From: the human T2T-CHM13v2.0 reference genome, Homo sapiens
DNA: 64,000 nt
Direction: 5' to 3' (one strand)
Assembly: GCF_009914755.1 (NCBI RefSeq)
Contig: NC_060926.1
Below, in pieces: positions 40,147 through 54,084 of this stretch. How positions within the stretch are numbered: position 1 is the stretch's first letter; each line of letters begins with the position of its first letter. The notes under the pieces are model-generated. The model did no database searches. It had not been told where the DNA came from and saw nothing but the letters and a program-made list of their open reading frames with translations. Made by a program: the position numbers and the translations under genes.

Positions 40147-40292
40147 CTCCTGCAGGAGGCTCAGCTTCTCCAGCTCCCACTGGTGGTCCAGAATGAGACT
40201 GTCACTCCGGGGCCTCCAGCCTGCCAGGTTCTCCTCGCCCCGGACATAGGCCACAGATGTGTCCAGGACTCGTCGGCGCCGGCGCTGCATCC
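40147..40292 (-). CDS. KIF1A: KIF1A exon ([22 protein letters not shown]...LLQE)
   Basis: AG/GT, 146 nt; conserved kinesin-3 tail motif. Confidence 0.96.
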
Positions 40293-40565
40293 CTGCATGG
40301 GGCACGTGGACATTCCACCCCTACCTGATGGGTGGCTGCTCCTCCCACCCATCCTAGAGGTCCGCCCATCTGTGAAGCTGTCTCCCCTCTGGAGTGGAGA
40401 TGGGCTTCCCCTGGTCCTTGGTCCACCCTGGGGCCCAAAGAGCCATGTAGGCCTCTTCCATAGGAAGTTATCCAGCCCGGCGTCCCATGGCCATCTCGGC
40501 TGTGCCCTGGGAACCCAAGGAAGCCAGCAGGCCTGACTCTCCTCCCTCGCTCTCCTCCCATCTCA

Positions 40566-40799
<234 letters not shown>

Positions 40800-42000
40800 T
40801 CACCAGGCCCCGCAACAGGGACACACAGCCAGCCTGGCTGCTGACTTGCCCCACTATCAAACGCACAGTCAGCCTGGCTGGGGTGATGGGGTGTTGAGGT
40901 CCCTGAGCTACAGCCCCTGTTCAGAGTCCTCATCCCAGACTCCCTCCGGCCCCCAGAGAAAAGATGCATTGGCTGGTCTTGCTCAGGTGCCCATGGGGCT
41001 GTGACCTGAGGCCAGGCCCCCACAGCAGCCTCCACTTTGTCCCAGCCCAAGTGGGGTACAGGCAACATGAGCACAGCATCTGGCATCTCCAGTCCCTCCA
41101 CGGCGTCGAGAGCCCCTCAGGCCCCATACCCCACAGAGCAGCCCCACTGTGCCCCGGACAGATTCTGAGAGCACCTCGGCCACCCTCCCACAGACAGGTC
41201 GGTGGCATCCCACAATTACTGAGTGACCTCCAGAATAACCACAGCCAGCCCTCAAGGACACTGGATCCTGACCCCCAAGCTCTTTCCTCCCAGCTGTGCC
41301 CAGTGTGAACCTGGACACCAGGTCCATGTGGCAGACCACAGGGAGACCCACTGAAGGTGGCCACGGGTGCCCGGTAGCCTCGGCAGCCCTGCTGTCAGGG
41401 CCCTGACATTCCGGCTCATTCTCCCCCACCCCCAAGAATCAGGAGCTTGTTCAGCACGCAAGCACGGCTGGTCCTGGTGTTCGGTGTGTGGCTCCCCAAG
41501 GTGCTGACAGCCTCCAAGAAGAGCCACCCAGCAGGTCCTGTGGGAAGCTGTGTCCAGAGCCCCCTTCCAGCCACCGCCCACTTATCCAGCTCCTCCTTCA
41601 GTGCCTTGTGGGCAGTCAGTCCCATGGCACAGGTTCCGTGGTCCTCAGGGAAGAAGGTCACCGGCGGGGGGGGGGGGGGGGGGAACGGTGTGGCCCCAGG
41701 ATCACCCACAGGAGGCCCCAGGTGGGCACCCTGGGCCTGCCCCTCCTCCCATCCGCTGCAGGCTGGCCCTCAAGTCCCTCATAGTGGTGTCAGTGTCCCC
41801 TGCAGGAACCTGGCCTCCACAGAGTCTTCATCTAGGGTGAGCAGGAGGGGACTGAGCGCAGGGAGCCAGCCAGGAGTGTGGCTGGGCCTCGCACAGGGTG
41901 AGCTGCCGGGTGGCCCAAGGACCGCTGCCAGGCAGAGCCCTGCCTGGCCCGCACCGAGACCAGGGTGGGAGTCCATGTGGTCCTCACCCCTGGGAGCTTA

Positions 42001-42258
<258 letters not shown>

Positions 42259-43059
42259 TCAGGTGTGGCCTGGACGCAGGCAGGAGAAAGTCTCTGCTCC
42301 TGCCCTCGAGAAAACCCCACTGGGGACAGGTAGCCACAGCTCTGTCCACCCCTGGGCTGCCTGAGGGACTGGTCTCCATGTGTGGGGACCCCGAGGGTCC
42401 CAGACATAGGCTCACTGCTCGGGCCTCAGCTGCCTCACCATAAAATTGGGGTGACCCCTCCCCGACCCTGGAATGTCTGTGAGGATCAAACCAGGTCTTG
42501 TTTGAATGTGCACATTTTAACCCAAACACCACAGAAAATGACTTCCTGGTGGATGACACGCTAACTGCTGAACAGCTGGCCCCTTTGTCTTCCTGAAGTG
42601 GGGGCAGCTGCTGTGCATGGCTGAAGAGTCCCAAGCACTCGCTGGGAAGAGCTCTGCCAGCGCCTCCTCACGGCAACCTCACCACCATCTGGTGAGATGG
42701 TCACACCATCCCCATGTGAAGCTGGAATAATTCGGCTGTAACTAAGGAGAGGGGATGTGCTTGCAGATGCCCCTGCCCACTGCTCCCCACCCTCCCTCTC
42801 CCTCACTACTATGACCAGCAAGAAACGCCCACACTTCCAGTCACCTCTTGCACTTGGAAGGGAGGCCACAGCCCAGGTCTGGCCACGGCCTATGTACTGC
42901 AGACTCTGGGGGTGCTGTGGGGATGGAACACTTCTGTTTTTGTGCTGCCCGGAATGCAGACACAATGTCTGGTGGTGCTGCAGCCATCTTGCATCCCAAG
43001 GACAACACCCACACACTAAGTATGGTAGAGTGAGTTAACTGCCATTAAAAGCACATGGA

Positions 43060-43353
43060 GGATGGGTGCGGTGGCTCACACCTGTAATCCCAGCACTTTG
43101 GGAGGCTGAGGTGGGTGGATCACCTGAGGCCAGGAGTTTGAGAACAGCCTGGCCAACATGGCAAAACCCCATCTCTACTAAAAGTTCAAAAATTAGCCGG
43201 GCGTGGTGGCAGGCACCTGTAATCCCAGCTACTTGGGAGGCTGAGGCAGGAGAATCGCTTGAGCCTGGGAAGCGGAGGTTGCAGTGAGACTGCGCCATTG
43301 CACTCCAGCCTGGGCGACAAGAGTGAGACTCGGTCTCAAAAACAAAAAAAAAA
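43060..43353 (+). mobile_element. AluS element, antisense to KIF1A
   Basis: Full dimer; TSD AGCACATGGA. Confidence 0.95.
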
Positions 43354-43556
43354 CAGCACATGGATTTATGGATTTATGGATTCAACCTTGCAGTCCAGTT
43401 TTTGTTTTTGTTTTTTAAAAGGCACACAAATTTAACCCAGGGACTTGAGAACTAGAGAAGTCGTCTGGGTCATATGGGGTTGTCCAGAGCTTACAAGAAC
43501 CTCAAGCTTCAGGGGCTGAGTGGTTTTGGTGGAGTGCCCTGGCATAGGTGCCTTGC

Positions 43557-43671
43557 CTCGATATAAGCGGAGAGTGTCATGTAGATTTTCTCTCGATAAG
43601 GGGTGACCCGGTTCAGCAGGAGAGAGTTGTGCATGGAGCTGTCCCACGCAGCCTCAAATTGGTAAAAGGTC
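43557..43671 (-). CDS. KIF1A: KIF1A exon ([23 protein letters not shown]...AYIE), GC donor
   Basis: 115 nt; the frame requires the donor GAG|gcaagg. Confidence 0.93.
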
Positions 43672-45119
43672 CTGAAAGGAAGCAGAGACAAAGTAGAAGT
43701 TGATGGCGTGGGGGCTGCTTTCAGCCAGGCCGGGGACATGCAGACAGACAGAGCGACAGACAAGGGGCAGCCGCAAGGGAGCGGCTGGGGGCACAGGCTG
43801 GAAGCCCGGGCGGCGGTGCCAGGAAGGACAGGTCCCTCCTTACTCAGGACCCAGAGAGTAGGGTCTCTTGGACGCCCCGATGAGGGTGAGCCCAGCATTT
43901 TCCCAGCTCCACCACAAATGGTGCCCCAGCTGTCACGCTGAAGCTGGAAGGAGAGGAGGCGGCAGGGAATGAGAACAAGAAGGGCAGAGAGGGAAGGGAG
44001 GAGGGAGGCAGGACAGGGAGCTGGGATGTGGGGAACACAGGGAAGGGAGAGGGGAGGGCAGGAGGAGAGGACTCAGGCAGGGAGGAGAGGAAGGACAGAG
44101 GCAGGGAGGGAGAGGGCAGAGCCTGCGCGGGCCCACCCCAGCCTCAGTCTGAGTAAGGAGGCGCCACCATCTCTCCCTGGACCTGAAGGGGACCTGCCCG
44201 GGTTTGCCAAAAACCTCCATGGTCCATCTCCTCTGACAATGGACTCACCCTTGGTCCATTGGGAAGAGGAAGGCCCCGGGGGGAGGATGCTTGGCATGGA
44301 GGCAGGGTGGCTGCTGCAAGGCCGTGTGCAAAAGCGTCTCTGTTAGCACACGGGAGACAGCGGCGGCCTCGCTGTGTTCCTAATCTCCACCCTGGAGTTA
44401 TGATGAGCACGGCCTGAGCCAGCCACCCACAAACCCTGTCCCAGGGTGGCTCAGGGCCAACCCCAGGGGCCTGGGATTTTACATCCCCATGGGGTCGAAC
44501 CACGTTCCGCAAACACCTTGGGTGCCCTCTGCTCCGGAACAGGGTTTTCTGTTACGTGAGAGTTCCTGTTTTCAGCCTTCTGGATGGCAGTGACTGAACT
44601 ACTTCCTCAGGCCTGGTGCTCACAGGGAGGACTGGTCATACCCGAGGTGGACAATTTGCCTGACTCCAGAATGTGGCTACTCTGCAGACCCTGAGCAGCA
44701 CGTTCAGCTCGCCCACCCCACCATCCACCCAGCCTCACCCAGCTCCCCTCCAAGCATCCTCGCAAGGACACAGTTCAGAGACATCAACACACACAGCTGG
44801 GCGGCCACGCAGGCTCCAAGGCGGCCGGGCCCCTCCCGAGACCGCGGTGGAGCACAGGTGGCACCAGGCTGCCCTGTCTACTGCACACATGGTCTGGGAC
44901 GCAGGGCATGGATCTCACAAGTCGGGGGTGTGGAAGGAAGCAGAAGGACCAGGGAGGGCTGCTGTCGGACACATGTCACCGAGGAGCAATCCTGGGAGAG
45001 TGAGGACAGCGGGTGGTCAGAGAAAGGGCATAGAAGCAGGCAGACGCCGAGGAGAAAGGAACTCGGAAGAGCAGAAGAGGACAGACCAAGCAAGGGCGGA
45101 AGAGAAAAGTGAGCTGTAC

Positions 45120-45143
45120 CTAGTGTCATTTCCCAATGAAACG
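45120..45143 (-). CDS. KIF1A: KIF1A alternative 24-nt microexon (VSLGNDT)
   Basis: cctttag|CGTTTCATTGGGAAATGACACTAG|gtacag; phase 2-2, frame-preserving. Confidence 0.8.
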
Positions 45144-45709
45144 CTAAAGGTGGAGGCAGCCAGGACACACACGTACACATACAGAAGAAATGGAGATGTC
45201 AGAACAAGCACCGGCACAAGGCCCAGGGCAGAAAACTTAAGAGTTCGGCAGGTGCACGCCGGATCTCACGGCCCCCAGGCTCTCGCTGCACACAGGGCTG
45301 GGGTGCAAGCCCCAGGTGGAGCCCCTGGCCCTGGCCCTGCAGACACCCCCTTCCCTGGGGTCTGCAGTGAGAGCCTTGCGTCTGTCCTCAGCTGGGCCAG
45401 GTGGATGCCCAGAAGCCAGGACAAAGGCCTGGAGGGATTTGCTCCTCTCCTGGAACATTGCAGGATCCTGTGGAGGGTCAGGCCTGCAGGCCAGGGCTGG
45501 AGCCACTGCAGCCTGGCCTGGAACAAGTGCCTCAGACCGCTGGAATGCCACAGAGCCACTTCACAGCTGTGTGGCCTCAGGATGTCACCAACAGCTCTGT
45601 GCCCCATTTCCTTGTAAGTACCATGGGGCAGTAATTGCCCCTACCTCAAGATGTCTTGCAGATTAAATGAGCTAATACTAGAGCACGATGAGAACAGAGC
45701 CTGGAGCTT

Positions 45710-45870
45710 GTACACATCAGCATCACTATCTGGTACACGTCAGCATCCCTGTCTGGAACACGTCAGCATCGCTGTCTGGTACACGTCAGCACCGCTGTCT
45801 GGTACATGTCATCATCACTGTCTGGTACACATCAGTGTAACTATCTGGCACACGTCACTATCTAGTACAC
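45710..45870. repeat. 23-bp minisatellite, ~7 copies
   Basis: GTACACGTCAGCATCACTGTCTG-like units. Confidence 0.9.
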
Positions 45871-48589
45871 TCTAGCATCCTCATTACTTCTATGCACTGG
45901 GTAAGACCCAGCCTGCAGGTCCCACCAGCCCTGTCTCTCCTGCTGGGCCCAAGCATTCGGTCCTGTGCTGGACCCTCTGTCTTCTGCCTCCAAAGTCCCT
46001 AAAGGGCCTCAGCTTGCTTCTCTTCCCCTTCCTTCTCTTCCATCTCCGTGTGTGCAGACACAGCCCACCTGCCCCTCACCCCTGGGCCCCAGGATCAGAA
46101 CCAGCAGGTCTTTCCCAGCATCAGCACCTACTCCCTTCTCTGTGCCCTTCAGAGAGCACCAGGTCCTCCCAGCCCAGGCACTCCTCATTCATCAGGAACC
46201 ACGTCCCTGCCCCATCCTGGGGCTCCTTGGCCCCTGAGTGGGACACAGCAAAGGAACAAGCCCAGTGAGGCAGGCAGGACTCCAAGGCCCAGCCAGGGGC
46301 TGCTCCTTAGGAGCAAGTGGACTCTGCTGGAGCCAGGCCTGGAGCTGTAAGTAGAACATGAACCCACTTCCACATGAGGCCCACAACAGCCCCCTTGGGG
46401 GTCCTAGCAGAGAATTTCTCAGTTCAGGTAGTATGTGGCTTTGCCCTGCTCAGACCCCAGTGGACTAGAATCTCTCTGAGAACCTGACTGTGGTGGAGTC
46501 TCACCTGTGAGCTGGGGAGAGAATGGTGGGAGGGAGCCTTACAGGACTGTGTGCACAGCAGGGATGGGCCCTTTCCAGACCACTGTCCCCTCCCCCAGGT
46601 GCCAAGATGGCTAGCCGGACCAGGGTCTGACATGGGCACAGCCATGGTGCTGCCCCTGGGTCATTTCCAAACTGCTGGTCAGCCCCAGAGGCTTCCCACT
46701 CTGCCCAGGGGAGCTGTACCCTAAATGCCTCGCAACCAGCCCTTGGCCCACATCCTGCCTGGCTCCACCTGGTCACGGGCAGCAGACCTTGGAATCTCGG
46801 GCCAGGAGGGTCCCTGGCAACACTCCTTAGTCCCCCTATGCCCCTCAAGCCTCTACAAAGGGAGGACAAGTCTTACCCAGATCCCAAGTGAGATTAGAGG
46901 AGACAACAGCTGGTGGATCAGGGAGGAGCAGGCTGGCAGAGTAGCAGCTCACCCACACAGGACCCACATGGGACCCACATTGCCAGTTGGGGCCCACCGG
47001 GCTTGCAGGGCACAGCATGGGAACCACTGATGGGTGCCCTGTGATCATACAGCAGGAAACCAAGACCCAGGGAGGCTGAGAGGTGGCCAAGATCACCCTG
47101 CCATGGCAAAAACTGGAGGATGTGGGCTGGGAGGGCCTTGGAGACCACTCCAGGACCCCCACTCCAGGAGCAGGCACGAGGTTGCTCCAGGCCCTGTCCC
47201 CTGAAGCCTCCCTCACTCTATCCCACGTGACAGCACCCAAACCCTCAGAATCATCACAAGAGGAAACATGCAACCCAGATGTGGAGGCCCAGGTTCTCCA
47301 GGGAGGCGATCTAACAGGCTGAGGCCACAGATGGCAGCCAGGGCTGACCCTCCTCGCCCGAAGGGAACATGATCCCAGCAGGAGACTTGATCCGATGTGA
47401 ACACACAGCTAAGAGCAGGGGATTGTGCTTGAACCCCGACCTCAGGGATACGGTTCACAGGATCTGGACATGACACAACACAGTCATGTGGCACCATCCA
47501 CCAAGCAGCCCAAGAATGGAGCAGAGAACACAGGCAGCCCATCTGTCTCTGGGATGAAAGCTGGATGCAGCATTCGCACAGGGCCCAGCCAACTGGAGGA
47601 GGCTGGGCCAGGCACCCCTGAGGGCCGCAGCATGAGCCTGCTCTGTAGCCTCTCCACCTCCAGCCTGAGTCCTGGTCAGTACTGGCCCCACCCTCCAAGC
47701 CCCCTGAGGGCAGCTGCAGGCTCCCTCCCGGCCTGACTGAGCCCTGCCCTGGGCTCTGTCCTGTGGGGAAATGTACAGCTGGGAAGGCTGATGTTGCCCT
47801 TTAAAGCTCGAAACCTGGCCTGAGGGCAAATCTGCAGTAGATCCACACAGAGACAGGAGAGATTTTACAGCTAGGCTAGTGAGAAGGAGGTGGGTGGAGT
47901 CAGGAAGGTGCCTGGAGGAGGGCCCACTGCAGCTGGATTTCAAAGCCCACCAAGGACTTAGACATAGGGGCTAGGATGGTGGGCATGCCAGATGCCAGGT
48001 ATGCCAGATGCCAGGCACAGACTAAACAGAGGCAGGGAGGGGGTGGGGGCGCAGCTGGAGACAGCTGCATCCTGTCCCCACAGGCTTGAGGAATGCACGG
48101 ACTTTGAGCAACATCGGATGCGGCTCTGGCCCTGGCTCCACCAGCAGCGCTGGGCTGCAGCCGCTGACACAGCCAGAGCTGGTGCCCCGACCGCATGCCA
48201 CCCCTGAAGTTGTGCCAGCTGGGAGACAACCAGCATGTCACTGCTCCCCACCACCTCCACCAGACAGCGTGGCCCTGGAGGTCGCTGTCCTCAGAGGAGG
48301 AGAATCCTAGACCAGATCTGGCCTCAGAGGCAGTGCAGGTCAGGGGCTCGGCCCTGACCGGGAGCTGCCTTTTCCACTCTCCCCTCCACCTCTGCTCATG
48401 GGCTCCTTTTGTGCCCCCAGCTCAGGCAAGCTCACTGTTTCCTGGTGAGCCCTCCCCACTGGGAAGACCCCCACAGTCCCCCTCGCCCTGGCTGACACTG
48501 TCGCTGGACTCTGGCTCCAGAACCAGGGCCAGCAGTCCCCATCACTGCTGTGCCACAGGGCCAGGACACAGCCTGCTTGGTTAGTGTCT

Positions 48590-49795
48590 GCTATGGGGAT
48601 TGGGGGGTAAGGGATGAGGGGAGGAGGGGAGGAGGGGAGGAGGGGAGGACGGATGAGGGATGGGGGGAGGAGGGGAGGAGACTAGGGGAGGAGACTAGGA
48701 GAGGAGCCAATGAGGGGAGGAGGGGATGACGGGAGGAGGGAATAAGGGGAGGAGGGAATGAGGGGAGGAGGGGATGAGGGATGGGGGAGGAGGGAAGGAG
48801 GAAGAGGGGAGGAGGGGAGGAGAGAATGAGGGGAGGAGGGATGAGGGGAGGGGAGGAGGGGAGGAGGAAGAGGGGAGGAGGGGATGAGGGATTGGGGAGG
48901 AGGGGAGGAGAGGATAAAGGGAGGAGAGAATGAGCGGTGGAGGGGATGAGGCGTGAGGGGAGGAGGGGATGAGGCATGAGGGGAAGAGGGGATGAAACAT
49001 GAGGGGAGGAGGGATGAAGGGAGAAGGGGATCAGGGGAGGAGAGAATGAGGGGAGGAGGGGATGAGGAAATGAGGGGGTGAAGGAGTGAGGGAGAGAGGG
49101 GAGGAAAAAATGAAGGGAAGAGGGGCGGAGGGAATGAAGGGAGGCATGATTAGGGCGTAAGGGGAGGAGAGGGTGAGGGAATTAGGGAATGCAGGGACGA
49201 GGAGGTAAGGGATGAGGGGGTGAGGGGAGGAAAGGGTGAGAGGAGGAGGAATTGAGTGAGGAAATAGGGTAAAATGAGGGGATGAGGGAATGAGGGAGGG
49301 ATGGGGGATGAGGGGGGTATGAGGGGATGAGGGAGGGATCAGGGATGGATGAGGGAATGAGGGAGGGATGAGGAGATGAGGGAATGAGGGGAGGAGCTAA
49401 TAAGGGGATGAGGAGTTCGGGGGTGAGGGACGACAGGGTGAAATGAGGGGATGAGGGGGGATGAGGGATGAGGGAAAATGAGGGAGGGATGAAGGGATAA
49501 GGGGGAATGAGGGAGGGATAAGGGATGAGGGGATGAGGGAGGGACGAGACGATGAGGGGGAATGAGGAAAGGATAAGGGGATGAGGGTATGAGGAAGGGA
49601 TGAGGGAGGGATGAGGGGGAATGAGGGAGGGATGGGGAAGAGAGGGGATGAGGGAGGGATAAGGGGATGGGGAAGGGTAAGAGATGAGGAATGGATGAGG
49701 GAGAGATGAGGGTATGAGGAAGGGATGAGGGAGGGATGAGGGAGAATGAGGGAGGGATGAGGGGGAATGAGGGGGGGATGAGAGGGTGAATGAGC
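48590..49795. repeat. 1.2-kb purine-rich (GAGGGGAT-like) low-complexity tract
   Basis: Strongly G/A-biased on + with repeated ATGAGGG(G)A units. Confidence 0.95.
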
Positions 49796-51448
49796 TTCCT
49801 GGCCAGGCTCTGACCCACCTGGACAGACTTTTCCTGATTTTGCCTTTAATCCCACAGGATGTGGCTCACATGAGTGTCTTAGTCACACGTGAAAGATCAA
49901 TGAGTGCGTGGGTGAATGTTGCGGCCCCACCAATGGCACAGCAATGCCCAGAAAACAGCTCCTAAATTAGAGCCCAAGCTGATGGGCTCCCCAGACCCAG
50001 ATCTTTCCGAGCATGGGGAAACTCCCAGAGGCAGGCCAGCTGACTCCAGGACCAGCTAGCACGATGCCATCTCCTCCTCCTGCAAGCCCGCCAGACTCAC
50101 TGCAGGGAGAGGGAGGCCCCTGCTCAGGCCCTGCAGGGCCGTGCTCCCTCCTCAGCCCAGCCACCATCACAGGGGTCCCTTGACAGGGTTTCTGCTGCAT
50201 CCAGGTCCCCAGGGAGGGCTGGTGCGGCAGCCTTCAGAAAAGATCTGTTCATGGAAAGAGGTGTGTGTGCACGTGCTCAAGGGACCATGCCAATGGGGAC
50301 TCTGGCCCGGCCACCCCTGGGCAGAGTCTTCTCCTGGCCACAGTCCCTCTGCCACAGTTGTCAATCATCTGTCCTGACCCATCGCAACACGACCTGACAA
50401 GGATGTGGCCTCAGAAAGTGCTGGCCAAGCCCCACTGCCCTGGGGCTCTGTGCCAGGAGCGGCCTCACACCTCACAACTACAGGGCTTAAAGGCCCATCA
50501 TTGGTCTGAAAGGCCTTCTGCTGCTCAGTTCACTTCACAAACGCCACCCCACAGGATAACTGCCGTGACGCTGGCCACAGTCATGCAGGGACCCAGGAGC
50601 AGGCAGCCTTGATTTTCCATTCGGAACGGACTCGAGTTCTCACCAGTGCCTGGATTAGGGACTTGGAGGCCCTCCATCCCCAAGGTCTCGCCGACTCCCT
50701 GCCCCAGGCTGGCACGGGCAGGGGCCTCACTGCAGCCGGGGAAAAGGGAGCCTCCTGCTGGACAACCTGAGTCTGGGACTCTATGGTCTCTTCATGAATT
50801 CACCACCCGCCACTTCCACAAAAGGATGCTCGGTGGCCACGGCCAGAGGAGCGTGGCTGGAGCCGCTGTCCCTCCTCCTGGCCTGGCCAGGTGAGGGACT
50901 CACGAGAGGCTGTGGAATGTGCCGGAGTGTGAGGGTCTCCTGGGCTGGATCCTGTCTGCCCTTCCCCAACCCCTGTGCTCATGGCTCTGCCTGCTACAGC
51001 CCCTTGCAGGGAGAGGGGAGCGGGGCTGGTCCTCACAGGGTGGTGCAGCCAAGGGCAGCGGGCCAGCCAGCAGCGTGCGGGACACCGAGCCCATCCACAG
51101 GGCAGGGTGTGGCGCGGGGCAGGCAAGGCTGGGGCAGGAGGAGCAGGAGGCCAGCCAGTGTCTACTAGGGAGCAGGAAACTACAAAGCAGCCAAAATCAG
51201 GAGTGGGGGAAGAAGGGACTCAGCCAAGAGGACAGGGTGGGAAAGCAATAAAGAAATCAAACCAAGATTCCAAGAGAATAAAAAGAAAGAAGACGGGAGG
51301 AACAGGAGGACAGGTGAGCACGTGTGTGAGGAGTCCAGGAAGCTGGAAGTTAACTTCTCAGGGGCATGGGGGGCGGTCAGGGGAGGAGCAGGGAGGAAAG
51401 AAGAGGCTGAAATGAAACCAAGGGTAAACCAAGGGTCACAGATGATAC

Positions 51449-51475
51449 CTAGGTATGTCCGAATCAAGAAACTGC
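51449..51475 (-). CDS. KIF1A: KIF1A alternative 27-nt microexon (QFLDSDIP)
   Basis: ttttgcag|GCAGTTTCTTGATTCGGACATACCTAG|gtatc; branch point CACTAAC upstream; frame-preserving. Confidence 0.82.
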
Positions 51476-53814
51476 CTGCAAAACACAAACAATCACACGG
51501 TTAGTGAGGGCCGGGCAGCGCAGCGGGAGCGGGGCGGGGGACAGGCAGAGGGAAGCGGCCTGTGGCCACAGGCCCACTCTGAGCCAGGGAGGCTGCAAAG
51601 CGTGGGGCCTGGGAGCGGGCAGGAGGCAAGGCCATGGAAAAGCGCATGGAAGGCCAAGGCCCCAGGCTGGAGCCAGAAGCCGGGGATCCTGAGCCTCCGC
51701 ACGTCAGGGAGAGCGGCCTTGGAGCAGCCCGGCCCATCATGGGGCTGAGGACGCCAGCACCGTCCATGGCACAGGAAGGCCCACTGGCCTGGTCAGCCAA
51801 GCCACAGGACGGTGCCTGCCTGGGGGTGCCAGCAGAGGACAGTCCCCAAGACTGCTCCAGGGCAGGGCTAGGGGTGGGAGCTGCCAGCACGGGCAGGAGC
51901 CAAGCGAGGGCCAAAGCCGCTTCGGGGAGGCCGCGCCCATGCAACGCGCCTTCCTCCTTTCTCAGACCCAGGGCCTTGACCCCAGAACAGGGCTGCCTCA
52001 ACCCCAGAGGCACCCTGGGACCGGCCTCATGTCTCAGCCCTCAGGGTGTGGGGCCAAAGCCCCTTCAGTGACAGGTTCTCAGGCATCCAGGAACAGGGTG
52101 GCCTGAGGTCCAGCCACCAGCTGGAGGACCAGCGGGAGGTGAGCCGCTCCCTCCTACGTCACCCATGGCAGCTGGTCTTCTGAGGAAGACCTCAGAAACT
52201 CAGCCCTCTGTGCAGAGAGATAGCAGGTGGGGTTGGGGGGCTGGAGCCCCTGCCCACCCCACCCCAGGAGCTGCCTGGGCTGAGGGGGGTCAGAGGTCAG
52301 GAAAATAAGGTAATGAGGTCATCTCCCAGGCTCCAAAGCACATCTCACATGGCAGACCCGCCCTTCCGGGCCCCACCCCCTACTCCAATTCCTGGTCCCC
52401 CATGGCCCAGGCACAGCAGCCCACACTCTGCAGGCAGCGCCCGTGCTGGGGGCTCCAGGCCTTCTCCACACCTCACCAGGGAGCATTCTCATGGCGGCAG
52501 GAGAAGCAAGGCACGGGGAAGCCCCAAGCCCCGGCCCGTCCCACCTGGTCTGCCTCACCTCTCCCTCTCCCAGACGTGCTCCCCCCTCATGGCACCACCT
52601 CCACATAGAACACCCCCCGGATTCTCCACCCTCCTATGGACATGAGTGCAGGGCAAGTTCCCTCTGGAAGGCCACAGGCAGGGCTGGGACCAGAGCTGCA
52701 TCCACCCTGCCCAGGTCTGTGCCCAACCCCCACCCCCCACTGTTCAGCGCTGTGCCCACCCTGACTATCCAGCTGCCCCCTGCCCTGGCTGCCCCTGCAG
52801 TGCCCTCCTTACTGCAGTGCTAAGCCCCGATAGCCCACTTTCTGGGTGTTGCTGATGAAACCAAAGCTTTGTGTGGACCCAAGTCAGAAGAATAGGAGAC
52901 GACGCCCGCCAGGACCCTCCTTCCTTATGACCCTGACCCTCCTTGCAGGGAGGCCCTCAAAGACGTTTTCCTACAAACACAGCCATGGAGACACCTGCGG
53001 CTTCAGCTCTGAGGGTCCACTCTGGGCTTGTGCATCATGAGCCAGGTCGAGCCCCCAGGGAGCAGCCAGGACTGGACACTGGAGCCCCCGCCTCACTTTC
53101 CCCAAGCCCCTGGAAGGCAGCGTCTGGGACGCAGTGGAGCCCGCGGGACGTCCCCACCCACCAGGGCTGCCCCTGGCAGTGCTGAGCCACCTGCCCAGGC
53201 CAACCGCAGGGGCTGCCTCCCTCTCCCATCCCCTAACCCCAGCAGACCCCGATAGGGCTGCCACAGACATCCCAGAGCGCCAAAACCCCAGCCTAAATGC
53301 GGTCGGGCTGGGACCGCCCAGACTGTGGGGTCTTGGCCGTGCAAGGAGTGTAGGAAGGAGCAGCCTGGTGATGAGGGGCCTGTGCCAAGCAGTGCCTATG
53401 GGCGCCCACCCCAGCTGCTCCACCTCTAGCCCCAGGATGCCTGCCAGAGGCCACTGACTCATCCACAGCAGCATGGTCCTTGGACATACAGCCACTTGTC
53501 CCCACACCACGCAACCACAAAACTCCCGAGGACAGAACTCAGCTCATCTTCCAACCCCTGCGCTGGCCCCTCTGCTTGGTGATAAACAAATGGGCATGGG
53601 GATGCCTGAACCAGCAACGAGGTGCACAAACGAGGAGCCGGGGGTGCAGAGGCCACCAGCCCCTCACCGCACAGCTCCTGCAGGTGCCAGGAGGGAGGGC
53701 CGGGAGAGCGTTGAGCGGGTCACCTTGTGTGGCTGAACCCTGTGCCGGGTTGGCTGAGGGCCTGGCAGGCTGGGAACATGCCCTGGGCCCTGTCTCCAGG
53801 GAGTCTCCGACTCA

Positions 53815-54084
<270 letters not shown>

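Noticed and set aside
44673-45617. 314-aa ORF antisense to KIF1A
   Set aside because: Non-ATG start, no recognisable domain, and expected by chance at this GC content.
48591-49855. Pro/Ser/Leu-rich ORFs
   Set aside because: Translations of the low-complexity purine tract.
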